Under the pieces are notes generated by a model, which was not told the DNA's origin, ran no database searches, and was given only the letters and a program-made list of their open reading frames with translations. The position numbers and the translations under genes were made by a program. A DNA stretch of 64,000 bases from Amoeboaphelidium protococcarum X5 (taxonomy: Eukaryota; Fungi; Aphelidiomycota): positions 434,001 through 498,000 of the forward strand of contig JALDTO010000192.1 in the NCBI GenBank assembly GCA_023515725.1. Reading direction: 5' to 3'. Of the stretch, positions 13,503-25,475 are shown one piece after another; positions within the stretch are counted from its first letter, which is position 1; the number at the start of each line of letters is the position of its first letter.

Positions 13503-15562
13503 TCAAACAAACGACATCAGAGGAAGCTCCAAAAATTCAAGCTTATATCTCCATATATCCATCACTTTTTGGACCAGGTTGTTATGGCTATGCAATAGCG
13601 GTAAGTGAGGTTACAATTGGCGTCGCAGACACACTTTTACACAGTAACCAACAATACATAAAAAGATTAACGACGGTAGACCATTTATTAGGACAAAGAA
13701 GGATATCCAAATCGAAGGATCGCCCCACTACGAAGGATCTCTGTAATTGGGATCTTTGAGTCCACCGCCAGTGTAATCGGACGCCGTGTTTATTATGCTG
13801 CCATTTTAGATGACTGTAATGAACCCATCATACACACCAGGAAACTCACCTACTATTACCACAGTGCTGCCCAACGCCACAATACCTTTTGGCCTAAGAT
13901 TAGCATTATTAGGATTACGGAAAGAGTAATACTCGTTGACTTCGGATTATAACCCAACTTTAACGTACATCAGGTTACGGTCATACTATTTCGATTCAGA
14001 CGAAGAATAACCAGCCAAGTATAGAGATTTATCAGTTTTATCGTAAAATGCACTAGTTATAACTTCAACGACAGTCTGGTTACCGATCAGCTTGGCATTT
14101 TATATTGCAAGAGATGTCGAATCTAGCTGACCGTAAAATGCATTTTCACTGCTTCTAGACGTCAGACCAGTGTCATTGCTGTTACCTTTCACGCTTCCAA
14201 CAGCGTATATCTAACCTTCTGCTTAGACTAGAGATTCGACTGAAGTAGTATTCGATAGATACACTGCCTTTATCAAACTCAAGGATTCAGCGGTAAAAGC
14301 GGCGACTACCGATTTTTACTCTCAATTTAATGAGATGGAAACGGCAAACCGCTCGCCCACAAGTCCCTTTCACACAGTAATCAGCAATGTGGGTCTGATC
14401 AGAATTCCTAATCAGATTCCCCTTTCGTATTTGCTCTGAAAATTGCGAAGCTGTCAATACTGTGATTACAGTACTGCATGACAGTCACAAAGTTCCCGCT
14501 TGCTACATGATTACTGTGCTTCCGTAGAAATGCTTTGATGCATCCCAATTCGAGAAGATCAGCGAGCCAAATCAGCAGTCATTGACAAATCCTACACGTA
14601 TATGGTTATGAACAATTCTAGACAGACAAAATGTAAAACTTGACCTTCGTATTAGCATTTATTGATTTCAGACATGCGTACAATTAGAAGAAACTAACGA
14701 AGAAGAGAGAAAATAAGTGCTTAGATATCGCAGCGCCAGCGCAAGATCAAACTGGTCGGTGATGAGATCATTGTTCGCATCACTCAAACGTAAAGTTGTG
14801 CCCTTATGGACAACCTTATGACTAACGCACCGACAGTAAACAGTAAAACAGTAAAAAGCGAGAGCGCGAGAGGAGGAAGAATGAAACGCGCTCGTGTCGA
14901 TAATACCAATGACAACGACGACACAAACGCTGAAACAATAGAACACTGTAATCTTTATCCCCCACTCACATCCGCTATTATTTATTTAGTGTAGAATAGG
15001 CTTCGGAATTCTAATCATATAATATACCTACATTGTAAGTATATGGATAGAAAATAAATAAATAGGTAGGTACCTACATTGTAAGTAGGTATATTATATG
15101 AATAGAGTTAAATCCCTTAAAGTAAAGTAATACGCGTCCTAAGAAGAAGTAAACTCCACTCCCGGCCTTTACAGCTACCAAGCATCCCATTTAACCTGAT
15201 TAGTAACCAGATTGAAGACCAGTCTTGGATTGTTGGACCACAGTCTACAGGCGATTTGTCTAAGTCAACATCACAGATTCTTAGAAAGACTCCGATGAGC
15301 CGTATACCAATTAATCACCACCAGTTGCAGCAATACAATTCAAGCGATAGTAAAACTAGGTGTGCTAGGCAACGCTCATCTGACCGCCATCAATTTTCAA
15401 AATAGCGGGAGCATACTCATAATCATGGTTGCATGTAGCATAGATCATTGATGAATTGTAATCGACAGTCACCGAAGTACAGCTAGATATACCATTGAAA
15501 CGAGGAACAACATCGCCAGCTAATGCAAGACCAACCAAAGACAGCAATACGGCAGAGAACAT
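13503..15562 (-). CDS. Type I membrane beta-propeller-like surface protein in two parts (15562-15134 and 14318-13503), separated by an 815-nt insert
   Basis: The 5' part has a signal peptide (MFSAVLLSLVGLALA) and beta-strand repeats. The 3' part has propeller-like blades (QIYAVGS, SLYLAGY, VVIVGE) and a TM (IWISFFVLINGLPSLIFLCIVGYCV). Removing GT(15133)..AG(14319) joins them in frame. May be a pseudogene. Confidence 0.55.
14319..15133. other. Insert or long intron with nested inverted repeats, interrupting the surface-protein gene
   Basis: In-frame TGAs block read-through. Stems 14351-56/14562-67 and 14373-83/14508-18. A 17-bp perfect inverted repeat at 15015-31/15085-101. Confidence 0.5.
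15007..15109. repeat. Palindromic mini-element (MITE-like): 17-bp perfect inverted repeat plus internal 17-bp direct repeat
   Basis: tcatataatatacctac (15015-31) pairs with gtaggtatattatatga (15085-101). tacctacattgtaagta occurs at 15025-41 and 15071-87. Confidence 0.75.
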
Positions 15563-15973
15563 GAAGCAGTAATTTTAAGACCAATATAAAAGTCGAGATT
15601 GTACCATGAAGGTAAAAACAGTCTAATATTGCGTTGCCACTTGGTCAACGCCGAACGGATTGTTCCAGCGAAGATCCATTATTCAGCCTAGCAACCATAG
15701 TCAATCTCCCCGATTTACGCAGTGACGAAGCATGTCAGCATTTTTCAGTAAAAGAAGTCATTAATATGTAAGCTCTAGCTCTGATCGCATTCGCAGTCTA
15801 ACATATATACGTAGCCGGTACACAAGGTTGCCTCGCACCCGTTTCATATCAGGAGGTTACAGTTCCACGTTGGTGTTGTGCGTGATTAATGTAATAATTG
15901 AATCACCGCCTTTCATTTTGCATTACGTATATACAATTCCGAGCATATATTATTTTTTAAATAGAAGGTTTCA

Positions 15974-16756
15974 ATGGTGATCAGAGCAATTATAATCGCC
16001 TTTGTGCTGGCTGGGGCATTGGCCACTGAGCCATAACGCGGCTCTAACAGCAGAGAAAGATTGCGACGACATCCGTCTCATCATGGCCAAGGTCTGCTTT
16101 CTTCATCTTCTGGTAGTTTGGATAGCGAGCCTTAGCCTGAAGAATATTCTCCATTGCGCAGAGGGATGCGTAGTAACGTCTCTCCTACGAATGAGCATCG
16201 TCAGCGTGGTCAAACATTGGAGTTTTAGCCTTTAACTAGTGGCCTGACACGTCGATATGGTGCAAGACGCTCAGCCAGTGCTGGTCATATTGGTGCTGGC
16301 ACCACCGAAATGGAGCGTCCACAGACTGGCTTCTTTAGACCGGTGGAATCTACTGGTGCGCGTCCGGGATAAAGAAGAGTGGCTTCGGATCCGGCAATAA
16401 CATATCACGATCAATCATCCACCGGCCGTGGATATCAGAGATAGTCATAGTAAGATATTGAGACTGTAAATGTTTAAGAGAATCAGAATGACGATCTTGG
16501 TGCATTTAGGAGGTCTTATTTGAATGATCCTGTCATGCGCGCGTTGTAAGAAGCTGCAGCCGAGCTAAGTAATGAGTAGGCTCAATAGTAGGTGCCACCA
16601 CTTTAAGAGGCATAGAGACATACTGAGTAAGAGCTGTAAGACTTGGTGGATCAATCTCAAGACGGCATAAACCGCATTTTGCGAAACAATCCTGGTTTGC
16701 GTATGAATCGTGAGCCAAGTTTTCACAGATGGCTGGGACATTAGTAGTATGAGTGA
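15974..16756 (+). CDS. Secreted disordered protein (260 aa), Arg/Ser/Gln-rich, effector candidate
   Basis: Signal peptide MVIRAIIIAFVLAGALA. Open in code 6 to TGA 16754-16756. No Cys and no recognisable domain. Confidence 0.8.
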
Positions 16757-17023
16757 TGAGGTTATTGATTTTTTAAATAGAGAAGATGGTTGATTAGCGC
16801 GTTCTTATTCGTATTATTTACAATTTATTTTCTTATATCGGCTTACATCGATAGAGTCTACAGTAATTTGAGGCGTCCATATCGTGTTTATAGTGTAACG
16901 TTATAGGTCGCGTGGCAAATACTCACACTGCGTAGTTTGAATTTTTGAAGTCAAAGCCTCGTGTAGATAGCCCCTCTTTTTACAAGAATTTTTGTTTTCA
17001 GTTTACAAAGATATTTGATAGAA

Positions 17024-18061
17024 ATGGTGATGATTATCCCGCTTAAAACGGTTTTAGTTCAATTGTTGCTAGTAAACTGCTTTGCTGTGCCTAGCGATGG
17101 CCAGAGAGATTTGGCTGATTAGAATGGCGGTCGTGATTCTGTTTATGGATTGACGCGTCTCAGATAAGGCGTTAATCAGTTGCGTCAGCGATTCATGAGC
17201 CGTGGTGCTACCACTTCCTCCATGCGCGATGATGCGGCATTTGCGGATATTAATTTTTCTCCGTTAACGACTGGAATGCGTTAGTAGTAAACCTCTTAGC
17301 CTCTTCCGATTAGAGATTCATTCAGCGGGTCAATTCGCAATCATGGTAATCTGTTTATGGGAGATGCTGGCCTGTAGTAACGAAGAGAAGCTGACTAGAG
17401 ACTTCATAGTTATTTGAGTTATCGAAGCTCTTTAACATCATAATCTTAATCTGAATAATCTGCGCGTTCAGCTTCACCTCAAAGATCATCGCCGAATCAT
17501 CGCGTGGAATTGTATGGCCCTTTTGCTGATGGCCAAGTCGATGCGCCTTAGAATTATAGGTATTAGAATCTTGATGGTGAAGAATCGGGATCAGATAGCA
17601 GTCAATATCTTTAATCTCCGTTCGGCTAGATTGACTAAAATGATTAAATCGATGCAGACGATGATTCTGGGTATGGTCGTTATATCACTTAGCGTCTGGG
17701 TGGCAATGATGCACTTGGATATTGGGGTTCCGCTGATATTTAGAGTAATGGTCGTGGTCTAAGTAGTCCGCTCCATCCACAACCGGAAGAACTATAAGAG
17801 GCATTGGATGTTGTGCAGGCTGAAAATTAATCACTAGAGTAACAGTAACCACAAATAGAATATCCTGTCAATCAAAGAAAGCTGATTCCCGCTGAAGGTG
17901 AACAGTTAGATGTATGCAGCATTTGCTTAGAGTAACCTGAAAACGCGGTCAAAGTGAGATGTGGTCACTGCTTTTGCAAAGACTGCATAGTTACTGAACT
18001 TAGACGTAAACCGAAATGCCCCAACTGTCGTGCTGACACGCATACTGAAAAATTCAATTGA
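17024..18061 (+). CDS. Signal peptide + disordered region + C-terminal C3HC4 RING (345 aa), candidate secreted E3 ligase
   Basis: Starts MVMIIPLKTVLVQLLLVNCFAVP. RING CSICLEQPENAVKVRCGHCFCKDCIVTELRRKPKCPNCR at about 17915-18031. No TM. TGA 18059-18061. Confidence 0.88.
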
Positions 18062-18282
18062 GATTAGAGGCATGAATCTTATTTTGATGACCGAATAGAG
18101 TTGAATAATATGGTATAAAATTGATGAAATAGATTTAAAGTTGAAAACAGTTTTTCCGAGTTTAGGAACCATTTTAATCATTATTTCACCCCTTGAAGCA
18201 AAGTTTCTTCTAGAAAGATTTTAATATCATCAGCCTGCCGCGTCAATCTTATAATAAACACACTGCATATCTCCATTCGAAG

Positions 18283-18699
18283 ATGAAAATGTGCCTAATT
18301 ATTTGTGTGGTGGCTTGTATGATTTAGATATCAGCGGCAATGTTGTACCATCGTAATCTGATATCTCATTCAAGAAAGGAGCACCCCGACCGTTATCATA
18401 AACTGCCTAATCAAGTAGGTGAAGTAGAAATGGAAAGCTGGCAATCCCGCGATAGTGATTCAAGGAGTTTTGATTATCCAGACTTAAATGATAATCATTT
18501 TGTAAGTGTAAGCAAGAAGAGCCAGCCGGTCAAATAGCAAACGCACTAGCAGACATCAGCAGCTTAAAGGCAGCGCGAAGATATCGAAGCGCTTGATTTG
18601 TTTCTCTCCGAGCCGGAGCTGATGATGTTTGGAGGACGCTTGTCATCTGGTACTGATCTCGGAGATTTTGTCAAAGAAGAACACTTCAAGTAAGACTGA
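18283..18699 (+). CDS. Small secreted protein (138 aa), unknown function
   Basis: Signal-like MKMCLIICVVACMIQISAA. Open to TGA 18697-18699. Confidence 0.7.
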
Positions 18700-19116
18700 A
18701 TTTGCATAATGGAGCTGCTATCCCACTGAAAGACGATTAATATTTGATTAAAGGTATTATATTATTGATTGATTGATTTGCATGTCTTACCACACCATGT
18801 TTTCAAAATATGCGATAAACGATGACCGGTCTTCTTCAATCGTGTTTAAACGCGCATTTCTATAACTCTTCCCTTTGAAACGTAGATGATATGAAATTAG
18901 TTAGAACTACTTTTAAGAGCATCCTCGTCAGAAATCTCGTGCACCGTGCTTTGGCAACATTGTGACGCGATAAACACAAGGTCTTGCAGTCGGAGTTACA
19001 ATCATGTCGCACCATGACTAATTGTCGAAGGTAATTTTCTTCTTTTTTCATTATAATATTTCTAAAAAGTAGAAGTATAATCGATATATAGAATAGATAT
19101 CTGCTCATCTGCAACT

Positions 19117-19908
19117 ATGATCAAATTAGCGCTGATACTTTTGCTTGCTGCTTCTCTGAATGCCATGCCTAAGAATTTTGAGGATCCTTCGCCAAATCAA
19201 CAAGGAAATCAAGATCAAGATGATGGGAGAGCAAATCCTCCTAATAGAGGTACTAACGAATAGCACAGACACGCTGCTGCTGCCGCAAGACTGCCGGGAA
19301 ATAGGGCTGCTAACCAAGATGCGCTGGACTACGATCCAATGGAGAATCAAGGTGAAATGGATCCTGATCGCGTTACCGGTATTGGCACTTCTCGTAGACG
19401 TAGAATCCCCAACGCAGTTGGAGGTGGTGGAGGTCCGAGCACGCTAAGTCGCGATGTCTCTTCGTCTACTCAGGGTGCTTCTGCGGGACGTAGACTAAAC
19501 TTCCGCCTTGAATTACCAACTGAGCATTATCCCGAAGACGCACCGCCTGTTCGTAGAGGAAACAGCATTTCGGCGTAGAATTAAGGCCGAATGCTCCCTG
19601 TTTAGCCCGCTCTGACTATGATTGACTTACAGTAAGCTAATACTGATGGGTATAGAATGGTTACTGACCCGCGTACAGGTAGACAAATCCCCTCTGTCTC
19701 AAGTGTTGAGGCTAATCGCAGAGCACGCGGTTAATAGTAGCAAGGCGCGGGAAATGATCTCAGACAAGATCAAGAATACAATGGAGATGAGGATGAAGAA
19801 GAATATACCGAAGACTGGCAAGTTGATGGATATGATGATTCTCCGTTGTATCAAGGAGGTAATAATGATTTCGATCCGCCTCAAGGTGGAACTGGTATTT
19901 ATGCTTGA
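19117..19908 (+). CDS. Secreted disordered protein (263 aa) with acidic tail, effector candidate
   Basis: Signal peptide MIKLALILLLAASLNA. Contains RRRR and RRLNF motifs. TGA 19906-19908. Confidence 0.82.
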
Positions 19909-20170
19909 TGAGTTTAAAGATTAAAAGCTATGAAGGTGAGTTAAATAGAAAAATAGATCGAGTTTAAAAATTTTATATCTTTATTGACTCGTTATATAAT
20001 TTCGCATTGTGAAGCATTAAAGCCTGAATGTTCGCCTGTTTAATCCATAGACTCGAACGCTTAAATAACGCGGACATAAGCATCTATCGTGAGGCTAAAC
20101 AATAACTACTGTACGCGTGATGCATCTCTTATTCACAGAGGTGGAAGTGTTTACCCAACTCAACCCGCTT

Positions 20171-20425
20171 TCATTATGTTAGGCTCACAACACGATAATG
20201 CATCAGAGTCCAGAATGGAATATTGATCCGCGCACTGATAGACTGATCCACTCCATTGTTGATGCTGTTCTCAGAGAACGTGCACAATAAAGCGAGGAAG
20301 GTATGACTAATGATCAGCAGTATGGCGCTGAAGACAATGAAGTAAGTGTGCAGTAGTAATGATTTCCATCTGCCGCAGCGCGTTGATGGCTTAACTGCTT
20401 TACTTGACTTTACAGTAGAGAGCAT
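20171..20425 (-). CDS. Possible small membrane protein (84 aa)
   Basis: ATG after an AT-rich leader, one hydrophobic stretch (YFIVFSAILLIISHTFLALLC), ends TAA-TGA. No homology recognised. Confidence 0.3.
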
Positions 20426-20717
20426 TTAATTTAAAGAACGTAGAAATTAGAGATTATTACTAATCTTTTTAAATTTTCACGATCAATTGATTGAATTGAT
20501 TAGCAGAGATGCAGATTTTAAAATGATCCAACAAGTTTAGGAATTGGGAGATCAGGATCTACAGACTACATGCTTTCAGTGGCGTTTACAAATTATTCCA
20601 GAAGATTTTGATGTGCTCTTGAGGAGTAGTTCATCAATACTAAGTGCACAAGGTTTCTATCTTATTTCAAATCTGTACATACAGAGCTATGGTATACCGT
20701 TTTTCGTAGATGCGTAT

Positions 20718-21874
20718 TCAATAATTTAAAGCATCATCTTCACCGTCTTCAAGAGCCATAAAGATCGGATCATCTTCATAAGTTGGCAATAGATATTGCA
20801 CGTCTCTCCACTCTTTATTATCCATTATCAATCTTTCAATATCAGCATTAGCTTAAGTCTAAGAGGGACAATCTCCATTCACTAATTATTATCTCCGCAG
20901 ATAATTTATCAGCTTTATCTTGTCATATAGACTGAGATAAAATCGTGCAGATAGATCGGTAAGATTAAAGCTATGCTCCCTGGGTAAGTGATGCGACAAT
21001 AGCTGCTGAGGATCTGGTGCCACATAGTTGCAGAACAAGCATGCAGTCTGTAAAGCACTTTCCTCCAAGTCTTCATTAAAATCAGACCATTCAAAATCCG
21101 ATTCTCCACAACAATCGCTTGACATTGCGCGTCTCTATCGTCAGCCGCATTTTTAATGTCATACCATCTCCGCGATGGATCAAGATAGTTAATAATATAG
21201 AACTAATCGTAGTCCGTATTGAGAGGATTGATAATAAAGTGCTTCTTCTTACGCATATGCTTCCTTAGTGCTACCGAGTCTCTAAATATAACTTCGCAGT
21301 AAATACATTGCAATCTATCCAACTGCAACCTAATTTAACGTAAAAATTCTTCAAGATTGACAATATTATCAGGTAGGCCAATACTGAACGAATGCTCAGC
21401 GTGAAAATGCTCAAATAATTGAACTCGAGGCAGCTCTACTGTTCGGCAAAAGGTGCAGTGATATAGCTTACTCTTATCCAGCCTCTCTTACTACTAAATA
21501 GCCAGCATTTACTTCTACACGTCAAGAATTATTATATGAATAATCAAGATCATTGTTCTAATTAATCTTACTAATTTAGCATTTTAAAGATCAAATCGTA
21601 AATTACTATCAGACTATCGATCATCACCACCGAGATTGAAAATAGTCGAGCTAGTCAAACTGGAGGACTCCAATCGCAAAGCATAATGCTCTAAGTACTG
21701 CTGTATCACATATATCAATTCGTGTGGCCTCTCTACTTTAATGCCATGACACGACTCCAGGTGATCGAGTAAATTACCCATCTAATAATAGAGAATCATA
21801 TCACACCCAATATCATCATGATCAAAAGGGCACTGAACAGGCGACGTGAAAATCTAAGCTTTATCAGTAGTCAT
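20718..21874 (-). CDS. ZNF277: ZNF277-like C2H2 zinc-finger protein; intron 21515-21571 and an apparent frame break at about 21140-21090
   Basis: 5' part: 'AIQQQER..CTFC..EHSFSIGLPDNIV..CIYCEVIFRD...RKHMRKKKH..YDQFYIINYL'. 3' part, in another frame: 'WSDF..CLFC..KIKLINYLRR..YLLPTYEDD'. Confidence 0.85.
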
Positions 21875-22106
21875 ATTAATGGCGAATACAGAAAGGGACT
21901 TAACAGATACAAGGCGTAGCAAATACGATTTAGATGAATTCAGCGCAACTGATGACAAACTTCTGAAAAAGCTTAAAGGGGACGTTTCGCGCGTTTTGCT
22001 CCGTTTCAGGTCCACTCTGTTCGCCAGTCAGTCAGTCACACTTCTCAAATTTACATTTGTTAGAGCATAATACGTCGCTGCACTTGCTAATAATTACACC
22101 TCCATA

Positions 22107-23955
22107 ATGGACAAAGAAAATGTGGATATAACTGGAAATTCTGTATTGCCACATGAATGTACGTTTGAAAAGCTGAGCGATATAACACATGAAGCGCAAC
22201 CTCCTTTATTCACACATAAGATCCCTCTGCAAGAGCAATGCTAGAATGACCCGCCACCGTCTCTTCAGGCTGTCAACCAGATTGTAAGTTTAGTATTTGG
22301 TGGTGATGATGATGAAGAGGACCAGCTAAGCGAAGTGGATTCTCTAGCCTCTCTGTCTTCTCTGAGCTCATTGGAATCCGATTTCTGTTTGGACTCTCCT
22401 CCGGCCAACTTGAAACGTGTCGCCCACACAGCACAGCGATCTCGCAAGCGCAAACGTCGTATAATTTAATTGCAGCTGCCTGAACTGGAAACTGTTAGTC
22501 GGTTGGCATCTGTGGCTCGTGAACGTCTCATCTTGATCTAGTCTGGTACACAAGGAAGATTACCTGTATCTAAAGAATTCGTCTAGTCTGGTCTATATCA
22601 TTTAGAGTCGCAGTCGTCACTCGAGGTTGGCAGGTAAAAATTTATCCAACTTACAATCAACTATGGTCTGTGGATGTTAAATAATGAAAGGGACTTTAAA
22701 TTGCCGTTTGATATATCTTATGAAGTGCAAAACAAGTTGGTGACATTGGACCTTTAGCCTCCTCAGTGGTAGAGGATTAGACGGAATTTATACGTTGAGC
22801 GGCAGAAGCGATCGATACAGCCTCAACCGTGCGAATGTCTTTTGCCTGTAGATGGTCAACTAGGATGCCTTGATGATTGTATAAACCACGCCACTTTCAT
22901 TGAATGTGGAAAGAATTGTCCTCTTGGTGATCAATGCTCTAATCAGAGATTCAAGAAGAAGCAATTTGTAAAAGAATTACAAGTCTTCAGTGTAAGTTGT
23001 ATTGTTTAACTCTATCTTATCCACTGAATAATACATGTAGTCTTGTGATAAAAGAGGATTCGGGCTTAAAACACTGACGGATATACAGAAAGGTTCGTTG
23101 ATTCAAGAGTACATGGGCGAAATCATTTCTAATCAAGAGTGTGAAAGGAGAATGAATGAAGATTACAAGAGTGCAAAGTGCTTTTACTTTCTAGATTATC
23201 AAAATGGAGAAGTCATCGATGGTACTAGAAAGGGATCTGAAGTCCGATTCGTGGTAAGCATATTTACTGCTTTATTTAATCGCCCATAATTGATGTTTTT
23301 GTAGAATCACTCGTGCGATCCCAACTGTCATATAGAAAAATGGCTTGTCGATGGTGAGATTGCCGTTGGTTTATTTGCCGCGAAATATATCCCTGCTGGT
23401 ACCGAGTTGACTTATGATTACAATTTCCATACATTTGGTGCTAATCGCCAAAGCTGCCTTTGCGGTGCTTAAAATTGTCGCGGCTGGATGGGGAAAGCTA
23501 ATGAGGTGAAACAAGGATTTGAAAAGCAATAGAGTTCTTTAAAGGACGATCATGCGCCTACTGGTGGAAGAAAAAAGATTAAAAATACTACCGAGTTCAA
23601 ACTTGATGACTAGTGCCAAACAGTGTCGATTCTGCCCGAAAGATTAGACAAAGTTCGAAAGCAGTCTCCAAAGTTTACTTCTCCAGAGATCGCCTCTATT
23701 CGGCGTAGATCATTGTTTTCGCTGCGGTTGATCAGAAGGAAACTGGCCAATAAAGTACAAAGAAAATCGCCCGTCCGCCGACAATAGCGCAGAATTTAAC
23801 ATCTCGGTGATATACGCAATAGTATAAATCTGAGCCTGATGAGAGTTTTAAATTCTGGTCATTGTGTGTTTTTGGTGCGTGCTTGTAAATCAGTTAAAAA
23901 ATCTCGCCGCCACCACAAACAGTAGATCCCAAGTTCATTGTATTATGTCAAATGA
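22107..23955 (+). CDS. ASH1: ASH1-like H3K36 methyltransferase (AWS-SET-postSET); introns 22992-23040 and 23254-23304
   Basis: Pre-AWS 'KEFVQSGLY' and 'DFKLPFDI' as in ASH1L. AWS '[17 protein letters not shown]'; SET 'RGFGL', 'RFV|NHSCDPNC' and 'ELTYDYNF'; post-SET CLCGAQNCRG. Confidence 0.9.
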
Positions 23956-24362
23956 TGATAAATCGCTCCTTGTTTAAATAATCATTCTCCATCTGGATTT
24001 TTTAAATCTTTGTACTTTTCACACTACAGTATTCCATTCCCTGTTTCGTTTCTCTTAAATAATCAGTTTCGGAGCTATTGAGCGTTTCATCATTCGAAAG
24101 GGAGATCAGAAGCCGATCTGTGGAAATCTCAATCCGTTGCCAGGCTCGTCATTGTTTCCAATTTCGACAGATTATTAATTAGAAGAAAAGTGCCTGGAAT
24201 TAAATCGGAATTTAGAGGCCTAGATCACTCAATAAATAGATAATCGAGCCTCCTGCCTATTCATCTTGTTCTTTTTCTTTTTATCTCTACTCCATATTTA
24301 AAGGTTTGTTGCAATAGACTGCGATATATAGTCTGTTATCGGTATCGTCATTATAATTACAA

Positions 24363-25397
24363 ATGGAAAGCAGTAAAAACCTGGAGGTGAGCTCTGGAGA
24401 ATCTGATATTGCTGAAGAGGAAGAGCAAAAGTCACACTTTGTCTGTCCGCCGCCAGTTAGATTGGAGATACATGACGAGATTGATGTTGATAGTGAGCAT
24501 AGCAGTCCTTGCAGTGTCATCCGTGGGGAGATTGATCCAGGTGTTTCATAGGCTGATCTGACTAAAATCACCGAGGTTGATTCTAAAGCCACCTTGTCTA
24601 GATAGGCGGCACCTTCGATCTCTATTACTCTGTATCATAAAGATAGCTAAACTCTTCCGGAACAGGATGAGAATTCAAGCTCTTTCCTGGAAGAAGTAAC
24701 TGTGCGCTAAAAGCCTAGAATATAGCCTTTGGATGATGAACAGATCGAATCCAAGACAACTCCGGCAAAGTTAATGGCCAAAGTTGACAAAAACAGACCG
24801 GTCGTCAGTTTAACTCCGTAAGAGTAGCGAGCGAATATTTAGCAGAGTAATATGCTGAAAGGTGGAGTTTCTATGCCTGCATTTGAAAAAGTCTCTGGCG
24901 GTAATCAGTTAAGATCACATCAACTCAAAGTTCCGGGAGACAGGTCAAACAACACTAGCGCTTCTGTGAATGCGTCCGCCTTAACATCAATGTTCAATAC
25001 ATCCTGTGATGAGATTTATGCGCAAGAATATGAGCCATACCACTTCCACCATGGAAACATGAAATCGATTATTGACTCCTCTATGGCTGAGGTGAATGAA
25101 TAAGAAAGTGATCCGGATCAAGATTAGAGTGTGAAACCTCCTACTTTAATAGGATCAGCTGAGAGCAGTAACATGCATATTAAATCTCATGCAACTCTCG
25201 GAGTCAAATCCTAGACGAAGTTTGATGCTATTCCTTAAAAGTCAGTTACAGTGGAGCATTCTCAGTCTACAAAGATTCGCCTAGCAGCAAGATTACAAAG
25301 GAGTTGGAGGGGTTCATACAAAGTTATTTTTATGGTCGCGCTCGGTGGAATAGCCGTAGTAGTGGCTGCAGTAATAATATTCCTTACAAAATTATGA
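24363..25397 (+). CDS. Tail-anchored, largely disordered acidic protein (344 aa), unknown function
   Basis: Single code-6 frame. C-terminal TM VIFMVALGGIAVVVAAVIIFL just before TGA 25395-25397. Confidence 0.75.
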
Positions 25398-25475
25398 TGC
25401 AACTTATTGATGAATGAGATTTAGATATAAACTTAAAGTAGAAGTATTAAAAAATTCATTGTTGTTGCCTCGAGA

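Noticed and set aside
13885-13903. U2 snRNA-like word ccttttggcctaagat
   Set aside because: It lacks the GUAGUA branch-pairing sequence and lies antisense within a coding exon.
14320-14600. Group I intron, RNase P or hammerhead identity for the structured segment
   Set aside because: P-like (aaattgcg) and Q-like (aatcagcag) words are present but do not pair properly. No R/S elements, CUGANGA core or correctly spaced P4 were found.
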